This document shows positions 36,118-48,122 of a stretch of DNA of 64,000 nt, piece by piece. The position numbers and the translations under genes are program-made. How positions within the stretch are numbered: the stretch's first letter is position 1; the number at the start of each line of letters is the position of its first letter. This DNA comes from Vermamoeba vermiformis. Taxonomy: Eukaryota. The stretch covers positions 310,001-374,000 of the forward strand of contig JBEWZL010000152.1 in NCBI GenBank assembly GCA_045837725.1. Reading direction: 5' to 3'. The notes below the pieces were generated by a model, which saw only the letters and a program-made list of their open reading frames with translations, was not told the DNA's origin and did no database searches.

Positions 36118-38702
36118 CCTTCAGGAAAAGAAAGCTCGAAGGTGTTTCTGAGGAAGGACTCGTGAAGCGGCAGAGGACTGCTCCAAAACGTACGTTATTA
36201 ATCCGCTTATATACTTTAAAATTTTTCTATTGAATTGCAAAAGCGACAGGACGAATGGCGCAATTTAATATCACTGCGAATATTAAAATATATATACATT
36301 AATGAGCGTTGCTAACGGTTTCATTCTCTTAAAGGTTCAAATTCAAGCGAGAGCAAGCCGACGAGTCTGAAAAACACACCGACGAATCCTTCGACGACTC
36401 CTGAATTCCCTTACGATGATGACTTGAACACTAAAGAAGGCGTTTTGAATTGGTTGAACCGCGTAGTAGATTCACCTCCGAAGTCTTGCGAAGCATCGGA
36501 TGTAAGTAAACGATTTTATTTGCAGAAAGTTATCTTAACCCGACACAATTCAATAATAGATCTTGCGAACGATTGGTGCCAGTTTTCCGCACTGTGTATC
36601 AACTCAAACAAAGCAACGACTATACCGCGCTGCTTGGGATTCGCATGGAGCTTCCGAGTACAACAAAGACAGCCTGCAAATTCCATTCATAAACGGAGCT
36701 CCAGGGATTGGCAAAACACGCATGGCGCTAGAGACGCTCAATATGTTGAAGGTACATCTAAGTATTATATTGCAGCGCTTATAACGCTTAAAGGAATGCA
36801 CGCACCTCCAGATCTGACGATCCGACGGAATTGTCTCTGAAAGCAGTACTGCACACTGATAAATGTGTCATGCTGTACACGAGCTTTGGTGCGGGGTTTT
36901 CATTAAGTAAGAGCACTGTTAAGTATAAGAGCTAACAGTCATTGCTAGCGAATAACGATGACTTGTTCTGGGAATGCAGCGATTGCAGCGGAGTGGTCGC
37001 CCTCCGAGTACTATGGAAGAATTACTTGCAGCCAAGGCACAGTATAAGACTAGACCAAGTGCCTGTGACAAAAGCCATGGCTAAATATTTAACGGTAATG
37101 ATTGTTTTTGCTTGATTCCAAGTACGGATCTGACATTTAGCAGTTAGGTGCGTTGGTCGACCGACTACGCGAACTCGGCGTGCAGTACATTGTATTAGCC
37201 ATTGACGAAATGAATATGCTGCACGACACCAATTTTAACGGGTTTCGAAAGACGATCATGTCCCTAGGCAATGTTATGCTGCGCCATTTCAAAGACTTGT
37301 TTGTGGTGTTTGCGGGTAACTACTGCGATAGATACGGTCCATACTTGCTTATCAATGATAGGCACAATTCATACGCCGTTGAAAAAAGTGATTGCAACTT
37401 CATTGGGCATCCCTGTTAGTATCTCACCGTCGTTGTTTTCGTTGAATGACATCGCGCACATTCTTGACGGTAAGTCAGACAATAATAACCATGGACTAAT
37501 TAGGTACTAATGCCTCGTAGAATCTGTTGCTCGTTTTCCGTATCTTAAGGGGTGGCAGCGCGCTGGTAACTTTCGCCGGTGTGTCGCCGACTTGTCAAAT
37601 CCGCCGCGCCTGTTTGACTTCTTGATGACCGAGATTGACAAACAAATCAAGCAGAATCCTTCAAAAGATATCTTTACACTGCGGTATGACACATTCATGC
37701 GTACAGTGATCGAGAAAGCAGATGATAAAACTTCAAGTGACATCGATCCCATAGCAGCCAAGTTCCTCATCAACTGTTGCTTGACGAAGAAAGTGCTTCG
37801 ATTCAATTCTACATTGCCTAATAGTAATGGCAAGACTATCGAAGAGGTGACGAGAGAAGGCTACGCTTACGTTGAGAATTCTTCATCTTCGCTTGACATA
37901 CAACTTGCCGTGCCTTTCTTCAATCTTTATTCGTGGCTGAAACTCGATGCAAGCGTGTTTGGGTGTGCCGAACATCTCTTTAAGCTGGCGTGGAATGACC
38001 CAACTGCCATTGGACCCCATGCATGGGAGGAGTTTAACGTCAAATATACTTCGTTCAAACTGACTTTGTTGCGCGATGATGCCGTAGGAACGATTCCACT
38101 CCGTACGTACTTTGCTAATGACTCCAACGCACGACTAACTTTGACACGTAGAAACTTTTCACGCAGGAGCACTGTTCGGTGCTGACTGCGCCAAGTATTC
38201 TGTACGACCAAGATTCGCGGTGCCAGTGATGTACATGGATCAGTTCCCTGCATCGTTCAATGGGGCCATGGAGACTGAAGGATTAACAGCACTCGTACCA
38301 ACATCGAATCGACCGACTAATTTATTTGAAGCGGTGTGTCTGAACGGCGAGAACACCGCAGGAATTGACGCGTTCTACTGGCTGTCCGACACCGTGCTTG
38401 AATTACTGCATTTTAAGGCTAATGAAATCGATTCAAAAAATTCAACAAAATTGACGCAGACTGAACTTGACCAAAAATATTCAAAGGCGAAGAAGTTGTT
38501 CGACCAATATTTGGCAAAGTTCAATTACCAGTTTGTGTTTGGACTAGTGTCAAATAGAATCCCCGAAGATGGATTAACTCTCCAGCCAAACATGTACGTC
38601 GTGCACCAAGACAACATGGAACAGTACTACGGACCACTCGCTGGCGTTGCTCAGATCAAAGGTAGGGAACTGCCATTGACTACTCATTTTCTACCCAACT
38701 GA
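36118..38702 (+). CDS. Crinkler-type P-loop NTPase + restriction-endonuclease-fold protein (5' end uncertain)
   Basis: Walker A PFINGAPGIGKTR, Walker B VLAIDEMN, WEEFN, FHAGA, and a C-terminal N...AGIDAF...LHFK...NMEQYYGPLA resembling a PD-(D/E)xK-type domain. NLS-like RKRKL...KRQR exon. Confidence 0.65.
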
Positions 38703-38819
38703 ATCAGTATTTTATCACTTTCCTTCAGGTTTACCCCTTGTCTAAGCATGCAGGCTAAATGAAGTTCACTTGATTTAGCGCAGATCTGCTGAAAAAAAGG
38801 ACCAGAAATTCGTCTCGAA

Positions 38820-38854
38820 CCAATGCATGCAAATTTCCTAAAGTTCTGACCAAT
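38820..38854 (+). promoter_or_regulatory. Two CCAAT boxes upstream of histone H4
   Basis: CCAAT at 38820 and 38850 (ACCAATCAG), 140-175 bp upstream of the H4 ATG. CCAAT boxes are common in histone promoters. Confidence 0.4.
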
Positions 38855-38993
38855 CAGAGCACGCGGTTCACTTTTTTGAGATTTTGAAGATAATGAACAG
38901 GCGAACATCACTTTGAAAACAATAAATTACCAAATTTGGCGAGTGAATGTCAATTCGAACAACAACAACAAAGTAGCAACCACACATAATAAC

Positions 38994-39430
38994 ATGTCAG
39001 GAAGAGGTAAAGGCAAAGGTCTTGGCTTGAAAGGCATTGGAACTGGCGGTGTCAAGCGCACAAGAAGAGTACGTAACATTTCCATTGCAATTCCGTGGAT
39101 CTAATCTAAATTGAACAGCTAATCCGCGAATCAATCACTGGTGTCACTAAACCAGCTATTAGAAGACTTGCGCGTCGTGGAGGAGTGAAGAGAATCAGTG
39201 GCATGATCTACGAAGAGACACGTGGCGTGTTGAAAATGTTCTTGGAGAACGTTGTGCGCGACGCAGTGACTTATACTGAAGTATGTAATCCTTTGTCTAT
39301 TTCAAACCAGAAATTTCCAGTAATTAACGCAATATTTTTTCAGCACGCCAAACGCAAGACAGTGACGTCGATGGATGTCGTGTACTCGCTCAAGAGACAA
39401 GGCAGAACACTCTACGGATTTGGTGCTTGA
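38994..39430 (+). CDS. H4: Histone H4, divergent two-intron variant
   Basis: Exons 38994-39068, 39119-39280 and 39344-39430 give [107 protein letters not shown]. Confidence 0.96.
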
Positions 39431-40080
39431 GAAATTCGAGTTTAACCGATTCAAATCCTGCTGGGTTCGTTTGGAGCGATCGCAGCAAGTTTTTCTCGGA
39501 AATAAACCATTCATTATTCTTCTCGTCGTTATTCAATTTATTTTTCGATCGTGAAGTTCACATTTATACGCACTACATAGTTTAAGTGCGCCAGCTTTGT
39601 CGTTAAAATTCACTTCCCGAAACAATCTTCCGTCTTTGGTTGAGCAGATCTATCTCAAGAGCCAACAATAATATATTGGCCACGATAGATATCATATGAT
39701 CGCATGTAGTTGTATTCTCTGGTGCTAGGCTTAAGTGGATACCTATATCACATCCAATTGTATTGCTGTGTTTGAATCATCTTCGTACACAGTCGGCAAG
39801 ATGTGGTCCGACGAAGAGGACGGCTTAGACGTGGGAGTGGCTGGTTTGCCCAGCGTGGGTGCAGCTGTCAAGCGGGTATTCACGCCAGTAATCAGGTTGC
39901 TCAAGAGCTCGAGCTGCTGTTCCTCGTCACCATCAAGCGCTGGAATGCCAGCGAGCGACAAACGGCCAGTATGTGACAGTGTCATCGTCGAGTACGGACT
40001 TGACAACACTGACGGAATTGCAGTGTAGCGATTTAACGAATTGATCTGTCTCTGACTAGTCAAAGTCTTGTGAGTGATAT

Positions 40081-40206
40081 CGAGATATTCACCATCAATA
40101 GAGACCTTAGCATAACAATCTGTCGCAGAATGACCACTTCTACCACATCTGACGCAAAAGTCATCGTCATCTTGGCAGATTTGTTGCTGGACTGGCGCAG
40201 AATATT
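40081..40206 (-). repeat. Dispersed copy of the middle zinc-knuckle segment of the GIY-YIG gene (5470-5595)
   Basis: Ungapped 126-bp match with about 9 mismatches by manual alignment. Encodes YSAPVQQQICQDDDDFCVRCGRSGHSATDCYAKVSIDGEYL. Confidence 0.92.
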
Positions 40207-40250
40207 CTGGTGCTACATTGTCACGCTCCTTTTGTGCCTCGCCACGGCTG

Positions 40251-43200
40251 CTAGAGGGCGGTGAATAGCTTCCAGTCAAACTCAATGGCGAGGTCTCTGC
40301 ATCCTGAGTCCCTTTGTCTTGGGCTGGATGAGGTGCGCAGTTCATAGCCAGCAAACGAGGTGGTTCGTTTGGTCAGTTTGTGTAGCTTGGCAGCTCTTTG
40401 CCTGACCCCAGTCGGGATGCACTCGTCGTTCATCCGCGTGTAGTTACCATCGCAATAGGTCTAGAAAAACGATATGAATAGATGTAATTATTAGAAATAA
40501 TAATTAATTCGTAAATAAAATGCCCGATGAAAAATTTCGGCCGTGATGGGAATGCCGGTTACTTTAAACATTGCACGAATATCTACGTACTTGATATTGT
40601 TCAGAAAACGTGGCATAGCCTCCTTCAAGCAAGTAGAGCTCGGGGTAATGTAAGTTCACTCCTCCATTGCGTTCCCAATTGATTCTACGGTCCATGCTGC
40701 GAACCTTTTTGTAGCTAAGCAAAAAAGAAATTTTAGCAATGGGCTTATCTATAATATGTTCAGACTTACGTATCAGGGCCTCTCTTAGATGAAAATTCGC
40801 AATAAAAGATGACCACGATAGTTTTGTTGGGTACTGGCGGGGTGTCAAAAAAATAATTTTTCAGATTTGTCTCTTCGAAAATATTGACTGCTCCGCGAAT
40901 ATGACCGCCTTCAAACTCGTATTGGTAGCGGCAATCGACGATAATATACTCGTCAATAGAATGAAAATCTCCGTCGATCAACTTGCAGACCTATTTTTAG
41001 GACATTAGATCCGACCTCGAAAGAAATTTCCATTTTAGGCGATTTGATATAATAAAAGTACTTACTGTCTCACCGGAAATGGTATTGAATTCAGGGAACT
41101 TGCCCCGGATGCAAGGGAGGTGTAAATCTGTTTTAGTAACCGGAAGGTGGATCTTGCTTGGTGTGAGGAGAGTCTTCTCCAACTTAACGCCACGAGCAAG
41201 CATGTTTGGCTTGGGCTTCTTCTTTGTTTTTACTCCGGAGCTGCCTTCGCTGGTTCTGGGTGTCGATCGTACCCGTCCTGCGCGTAGAATAAACTCCCTC
41301 TTCTTACGTAGGGTGTCAGGAGCCGACAGCGTTGACAAATCATCGCCAGCACTTGACGGCGTCGAACTGATCGCAGCACTCTCCTCGTCAGGCACAACTA
41401 AATCTGGAATGTCCGGGTATAATCTGCCGAGTCTGATCTCGTCTACATCATCGTCATCACGGCAGAACGCATCGACTAAGCTCCTCTTGGCAGTCCTTCC
41501 AGTCACAGTCAGGGCATTAATTTGACTAGCAATAGTGGTGACGGGAGGATGTCACCGGAGCCGCGCGGAGGGGCCCGATAACTCTTGGCAGGTCTTTCAG
41601 TCCCATGAATTTGACGCACAGTAAAGTTGAAGTGCGGACGTGTGAGTCGATCATCCGAATAATCCTCGACGTCAGATGTGCTGTCCTCAGTAATGTCATC
41701 GAGATCGAAAGCTATTGAGCGTCGCAGATCAAGGTCAGTTATGCGGGGTCGTGGCAACGGCTTAAACGCGTCTAACGCATTGTTGTCACGTGCTTGTTCT
41801 GTATCATGGGTGCGCAATTCACTCGTCGAACTCGTGTCTGTGGCTAGACTCGGTACATCAACGCACTCCATCTCATCTGCGCCAGTGCTGTGCATATCAC
41901 TAGTCTCGCTTGCAGCACGCGTTTCAGGCGGCTTCACTATGACCTTATTATTTCCGACACAGTCCTTCGACACAACGGTATTGAGCATCTTGCACATAAG
42001 CGAGAACATCTGATTTGCAAATTGTTTGTTCCGCGCGTCCTTCTTCAGTGCCTGGTGGAGATATTTTGCGTCTACTTGTGTAATGTTCAATAACGTTAGT
42101 CCTCGTTTGGTGAGTTCTTCAGCGATCTTAGTTCGTTTCAAATTGATTAGCCACCAAAGTATGGGCGGACCAGAGATCACCAAGGCAATGCACCCATGGT
42201 AGTGTGCTTCTCCAGTGAAGATTGGTGACGGTACTTGCTGGTCGATGACGTCATAGATTTGGTCCGCAGTTTGGTCTATTGGTGCGTGGCTGTCGTCATT
42301 ATTATTGACCTTGATCTCGATGAATATGGGCCCTAGTTGCATGACAGGCTCAACGCCAAGGAGCCACCGTGAAATGTACTTGAGGAACAGCTGTTGCGAG
42401 TCCTCTCTCGCTGCGTTGCTGAGAACAGCGTGGCCATTGATGTTGGGCAGTTGAAAGAAATTTATCACGGCCTGTTGGTCGTCGTTCAAGGAGGCAAACG
42501 GCACGGTTACTTCAGCGCCAAATCGCATGTTCAATTTGACTTCTGACCCGTTGTGTTTGGTCACTTTCGACACGGGTCTGATGGTGTCACCTTCGTCGGG
42601 AATGAACAGCAAGTACTCGTTGAAGAGGTCGTGGCACTCGCGATACATCGTCAAAAAATCAACGGAGCACACCAAAATGTTGCAATTTTTGTTGGTGAGA
42701 AACCATTTCGCACTGTTAGAGCATTGGTAGCGCAGCTGTGTCAGCGCTTGAAACACGCAGTCGTGGTGGCGCTTGTCATCGGGCAATACGAACATGACAT
42801 TAGCTAGCATTCTGTGATCTTCTTGGTACTGGATGTCGTAATTGGCTGGCAGCAGTGCGTGAATTAGATTGGTAGTTCTTGTGGGGATCGGGATCTCTGG
42901 CACAGCTTTTATCCTGCATAAATAATACGAATTAACTACGGAAGTCTAATTCAGTACTAGTGTCATACTTAGGTATCTTAGACTTCTTCTCGCCAATAGC
43001 GGTGTCATCTTGAGCGTGCTTCAGACGGCTTCAATCCAAGTGGTTTGTGAGGGGTGCCCACCTTGAAACCAATTCAAGCAGTACCAGCCAGGCACATCGA
43101 AACGTAATTTATAGAGCACGTGAGTAGCGTTAGCTTGGTCTGGATAATAAAACGGTCCTCGTTCTTTTCTTTGCTTTTCTGACAACTGCGAATTCATAGC

Positions 43201-43653
43201 CGTCAAATGTGACAGGCTCGCCTTTTACATCTGTAACGCAAAGTGTGGAGTCCGTTATTGTATTCAGCACCCAAGTCTCTCTACTGCATTTGAACTCGGT
43301 GTTGTCTGCTAGGTCGCTGGCCTTGGTCACGATCTTTTTGGTATCCTTTTTTCCTAGGCCAGGTTCGCACCACTTAACAACTGCGTTGGTATTAGATTGG
43401 GGAAGATCGTCAGTGAGGGTATAGCAAGCGAGGGCTTGTTGCTGCATGTCGGGGTAACTTTCAGATGTCAGCACTGACGCACCTTCGTCAAGGGAGAAAC
43501 TCGATGGGAGGCCAATCGTATGCGGTCTTTTAGAAGAAGGTCTATAAAAAATTATTTAATCGTTTGTAAGCGAAAAAAAATAAGCTGATCTTACCCTCTT
43601 GCCTCCTCATCTAGGGGCCTAATTTGATCGAATTTTCTTTTGAATTGTGTCAT
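40251..43653 (-). CDS. cdc25: Cdc25-family (rhodanese-fold) phosphatase with a very long N-terminal extension
   Basis: IVDCRYQYEFEGGHIRGAVN, FYCEFSSKRGP (CX5R) and RSMDR...LHYPELYLLEGGY. Upstream ORFs link via introns and single-base shifts (~41543, ~43020, ~43165), so a single-gene model is inferred. Confidence 0.78.
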
Positions 43654-43968
43654 TGTTTAGGCACAGGAAGATAAAAGCATATTTTTTTTTACGGTTTGAT
43701 GGATTTTTGGCCAACGTTTTTAGTCTGTTTTAGTCTGTTCAGCAGATCAATGCAAGCTTGAAAGCAACATTGCTTGCTTTTAAACGATATGGGTTTAAAA
43801 ATGACTATTTGTACAACTTGCTTTAATTTGTTGTGGTCCACATGGCTTCTTTTAAAAAAGAAATAAAAAAACAAAGGTCTCGCTGCAGTAAAGCCAAAAT
43901 TAAGTTTCCTCGGTTGCCATAGCGGTTATATATATATGCGCCATTTTCGAGTTCTGGCAATGAATGCC

Positions 43969-46900
43969 CTATTTCCACATCTGGCACTGTTCGGCCAAAT
44001 TGCTCCAGCGGTAAACAACTTTAGGCACTTCAATATCATCGTTGTCTACAACCACGTCCATTAAGAAGTAGTCCACTTCGCAGTCAGTCTTATTGGCTTT
44101 GCACAGATAAAACTCTGATACTCTGAAAAATAGTTAGACCTTGAAGGGATGCGAAAACACGTTCTACATACTTTTGAGAAAGCCGTGCTTGGTGTGATGG
44201 GATATAGTTGCCATATAGTAGCATAGAACTAGCAGCTATAAGTTCGACAGTCAGGTTGTACTTATGTTTGAACAAGTTGAGCAGCTCTTGAAAGGTCAGA
44301 TCTCCTTCGTCGATCACAAACTTGTTCCACAGTGTGTACTTGATATGCATGAAGTACTTGTCGGGTACTGCTATTGGGTATGATTGTACGATGCTAGGAA
44401 CAAATGTGTTGATGGAAGAGTTGCTGAAAGTAGTACACTCGACACTGTTCCTAGTGCGCATCTGACAACATTGTTAACTTTGTTATAACTTCTTATGACT
44501 ACATACCTTAATAAACTCAATAGTGGCTAGTCCGGCTATTATGGACGAGGTGGTGATTATTTTTGGAACGCGTTGCTTGAGCAGCATTAACGTGTCAACT
44601 ACTGGTTGTACTTCGATACCAAATGCTCGGGCCCGCAGCAACGCACCTGAATGAATCACAATCAAGTGGTCTCTATTGCCATCGATATCGCATTCAATTG
44701 GTGTGATTTTGAGCTGCGCTGAAATTTCATCAGCTAGTTTCACGAGCTCATCTTCTGAGACATTCGAGGCTTGGATACCACCGCTAGTGCTGACATCAAA
44801 CTCTCTCAATACAGTCTCAATGGCATGCTTAGTAACTGGCGTGCCTATAAAGCGTCTGTTAGTCTTCGGATCCGATCGGTTTTAGATCTGCGTTGTGACA
44901 TACGTTGTTCGAAGCCCACGGCCTGTGCTATCAAAGTAGCTAATGTGGCTACATATGTCACGTGTAGGGGGTCTTCAACGTTGAATGAAAAGGGCTTTGG
45001 CAACTGTTGGTTCGGTGTTAGCCATTCAGGCACAGGGTTGGAAAGCAGTCTCATCAACTCGCTGTAGAATAGCGCGTTGAAATCTCGTATCGCAGATTTG
45101 ATGCACTCTTCGAAGCTCCGTGGCAATTTTGCCATAATCTCATACATATAGTTCGTAGTCATGAGTTGCGGCAACTGGTACTTGGTTGGTGGATCCAAGT
45201 ACTGTTTCACTGAATTGAGTTCAGAAAAGGGCAATCGACAAACACGCCCTTGTGCCCAGCGGAGGCAGTGATCGAATCGATAGGGCCATAAGAATGCCCG
45301 ATCAGACGGTGGGAAGTGACGAGCAGGACCGTTGGATAAGTTCACATTGGTCGTCAAGTGCGGATAAATGACTTGCACATGACCTCTTGTGCCCGACATG
45401 ACACAGTCGATAAGAGGCTTTCTATAATTTTAAATCAGCATGAGCAGCACAACATTTAAACTTCAGAAAAACCGATCACGTGATTTGCTGTGAAATTTCA
45501 AGGTGAAATCTGAAACAACGCTAGCTAGTTTGACATACTCTAAGAACACGCAAGCGTCATCTACGGAGTGTCTAACAGGTGTTGAGCCAAAAACGACATC
45601 GTGTTGGGCCCAGGACTTGTATTCATCGCGCGAAAGTTCATCTCTGAGATTCTTCACGCACGCAGTGATATTTGATGTGCCACTCGTCAGCTGCTTAATT
45701 CTTTCTGCAGCTACATCCGCTTTGTTTTTCTGTGCGTATAATTGGTAAATAACGCTGTTGTGGGTCGTGTGATGTTAGCCAAGACTTACCAAGAGATCAG
45801 CAGAACGATACAGCACTTGACTGCAAAGATGAGGCACTTTAACTCTGCCTTTATCAATGACGAGGATCTCCCCGTCAGTGTTCTCCGAAGCAACGCCGAG
45901 TGCCGCTAAATTCTTCAGTATTTCACAGCCAATGCTGCCCGCACCTGCCACGAGCACCTTCGACTGTTGAATCTGTTGCACTGAATCTCGACCGAATAGC
46001 GCTTCCAAACCTTCATAGCGCGAGGGCGCCTATAATCGTAGCACATTAGATACTGTTTAAGGTAAACCTACGAGTGCCTTACTTGTGCCGAGGGATCGTG
46101 TTGAGGTGGTACTTGAGGCAGCACGTGAGAGCACTCGTAGAACAGGATTTGCTCGATAGGATTGCCACGACGTGTCACTGCCTTGACAATCTCGTGGGTC
46201 ATCAAGCCACCAATCACACTCGTCACTGGCGAGAAATCTACCGATGACACTTGTGCTAGTGTCGATAACAAGTTCTCGTTCAAATTACTTCCAAACTGCT
46301 TCGCTTGTCCGACAATTGCTTGTGCCTCGTCCGTGCCCCAAGGTACTATATTCAATTCATTAATAATACTAACGGAAATGTTGCACTGGGGGTGTACTAA
46401 TACTTACGAGGACAACGACCGTGCTGCTCTCGGAAGTTGATCAATGAGCGCAGCAAAGGCACAAAGTTGTTTGCCTTGGCACTGTCTGCACAAATCAGCT
46501 TTTGCGCGTCCAAGTTGCTTGACACGAACTCGCTGAACGGTGTCTAAAGATCCGAACTTAAGTAACCTGCACGAGGGTTGTTTGTACATAGAGTACGTAC
46601 GAATGACACTGTCTTAGTGCCTTCATTAGCGTTGTGATTGTCTTGATATCGCGCGTACATATCTTGGTCAGTGCTGTTTGACACGACAAATTGATCGCCC
46701 AAGTCATTAAACACAAAGCCAAACACTCCAAATGTGTCGCCGATAATAAGCGGAGTTCTATTCGCACGACATGTAGTATTGATAGCATTAATATAGTCTT
46801 TTGATCTGGCTTCAGTTACGCACACCAGATCAAATCCGTCGTACGAGTTTGAAGAATGGATCTTGATTTGAGCGTCTTCGTTTAGTTCTAATAATCTCGT

Positions 46901-47373
46901 AGATAATACTTTTGCTATATTTTTACCAACATCTTCTTGTTTGAAAAGGATCTAGAAGAAAATAAGTAAAGGTATTTTTTTATGATTGACGTGCAAGGAC
47001 TTACACTCGATGACAGATCGGACCTCTGCATAGTCCTATCATCTTGGACATATATTTGAGATACTCCCATTAGAGCCAAGTTCTTAGCTGAACGAAGAGT
47101 AAAGTTATTTGAGGATCCGTCTTTTAAAATATTTTTAAATTCTATTGAAGCTTATTTTGCAAATTTAATAGCTAGTATATTATTCAATACTGACTTAAAT
47201 GCAGCCTATAATGAATTTTATTGCGTACCTATTTCGGCGCCAAGCCCTCCAGCCCCAATAATTAAGATTTTGCTCGCTTGAAGGGCTGTTACTCCATCGT
47301 GCTCTAATACGGCCAATAATCGACTATATTTCAGGTCATAGTCATAGCTATCTGTCGCTGTGGTTGTGGCCAT
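43969..47373 (-). CDS. UBA1-like E1 ubiquitin-activating enzyme paralog, predicted catalytically inactive
   Basis: Both adenylation-domain repeats are present (ILIIGAGGLGAEIAKNLAL, VLVAGAGSIGCEILKNLA), with GTRGHVQVIYPHLT, PKIITTSSIIAGL and a UFD-like YTLWNKF...EVPKV. The catalytic Cys position reads Asp (codon 45301-45303). Confidence 0.85.
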
Positions 47374-48122
47374 GATGGTGGATTTGTAATTTCTCTTACA
47401 ACAAAATCTCTCAACAACATGCCTAGAGCCATGAAACTTCTTTTATGACGTGGACATATTCAATAAGTACTTGTCTTGTGGTCTGTTGCGCTCAATGTCG
47501 CTCGAATTTTCCTGAAACACCGCTCAACAGAAAAATCTGGCTGAGAACTTTACACAGAATTCGTTCTGCGGCATAATCGCTGCATTACAATATCATTACT
47601 TTGTACAACTCCGAATCAGATAATAATGTTGGCCGTTCCATAGACCAGGTAGCACTGGAATCGAATCAGCGCCTTCCTACGGTCTTGCTTGAATCGATAG
47701 AATCCACTCAGGCCTCTTCGAGTATAAAGTAACAAGCGGTAATCTTCTAGGTATCACGATTTTAATCAGAATTAAGGACGAGATTCAGATCTGTTCAGAT
47801 CGCGTACTGGTTTTCGATAATAGTACCATGTGTGAGAAGCATTTACAGTATAATCTTCGTAATTCGGTATTGCAAGATTGCAAGATACGTATCTTTGTAA
47901 ACGCAACAGCTGAGGCATCAGTCATGTGACTGCGAGTAATAATTTTCTGGTGAATCTACGAAAATTTGCTTCGGGTTTTTTTACAGCGGCCCATAAAAGC
48001 TCCGTTATTTTGTTCCTCTTCTTAGCAACGTGTCCAGCAAGAGGAACATAAATCAAAGCGATCTTGTTTCGCCCGTGCAGATCTAGATCGCTTAAAATCA
48101 TTAATAATAGAATTTTTACAAG

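Noticed and set aside
44828-44885. Apparent stop in the UBA1-like gene
   Set aside because: Lies within a GTATGT...ACTAAC...TAG intron.
47420-47950. Moderately GC-rich spacer between the UBA1-like and DUSP genes
   Set aside because: Only short broken ORFs and no convincing RNA structure.
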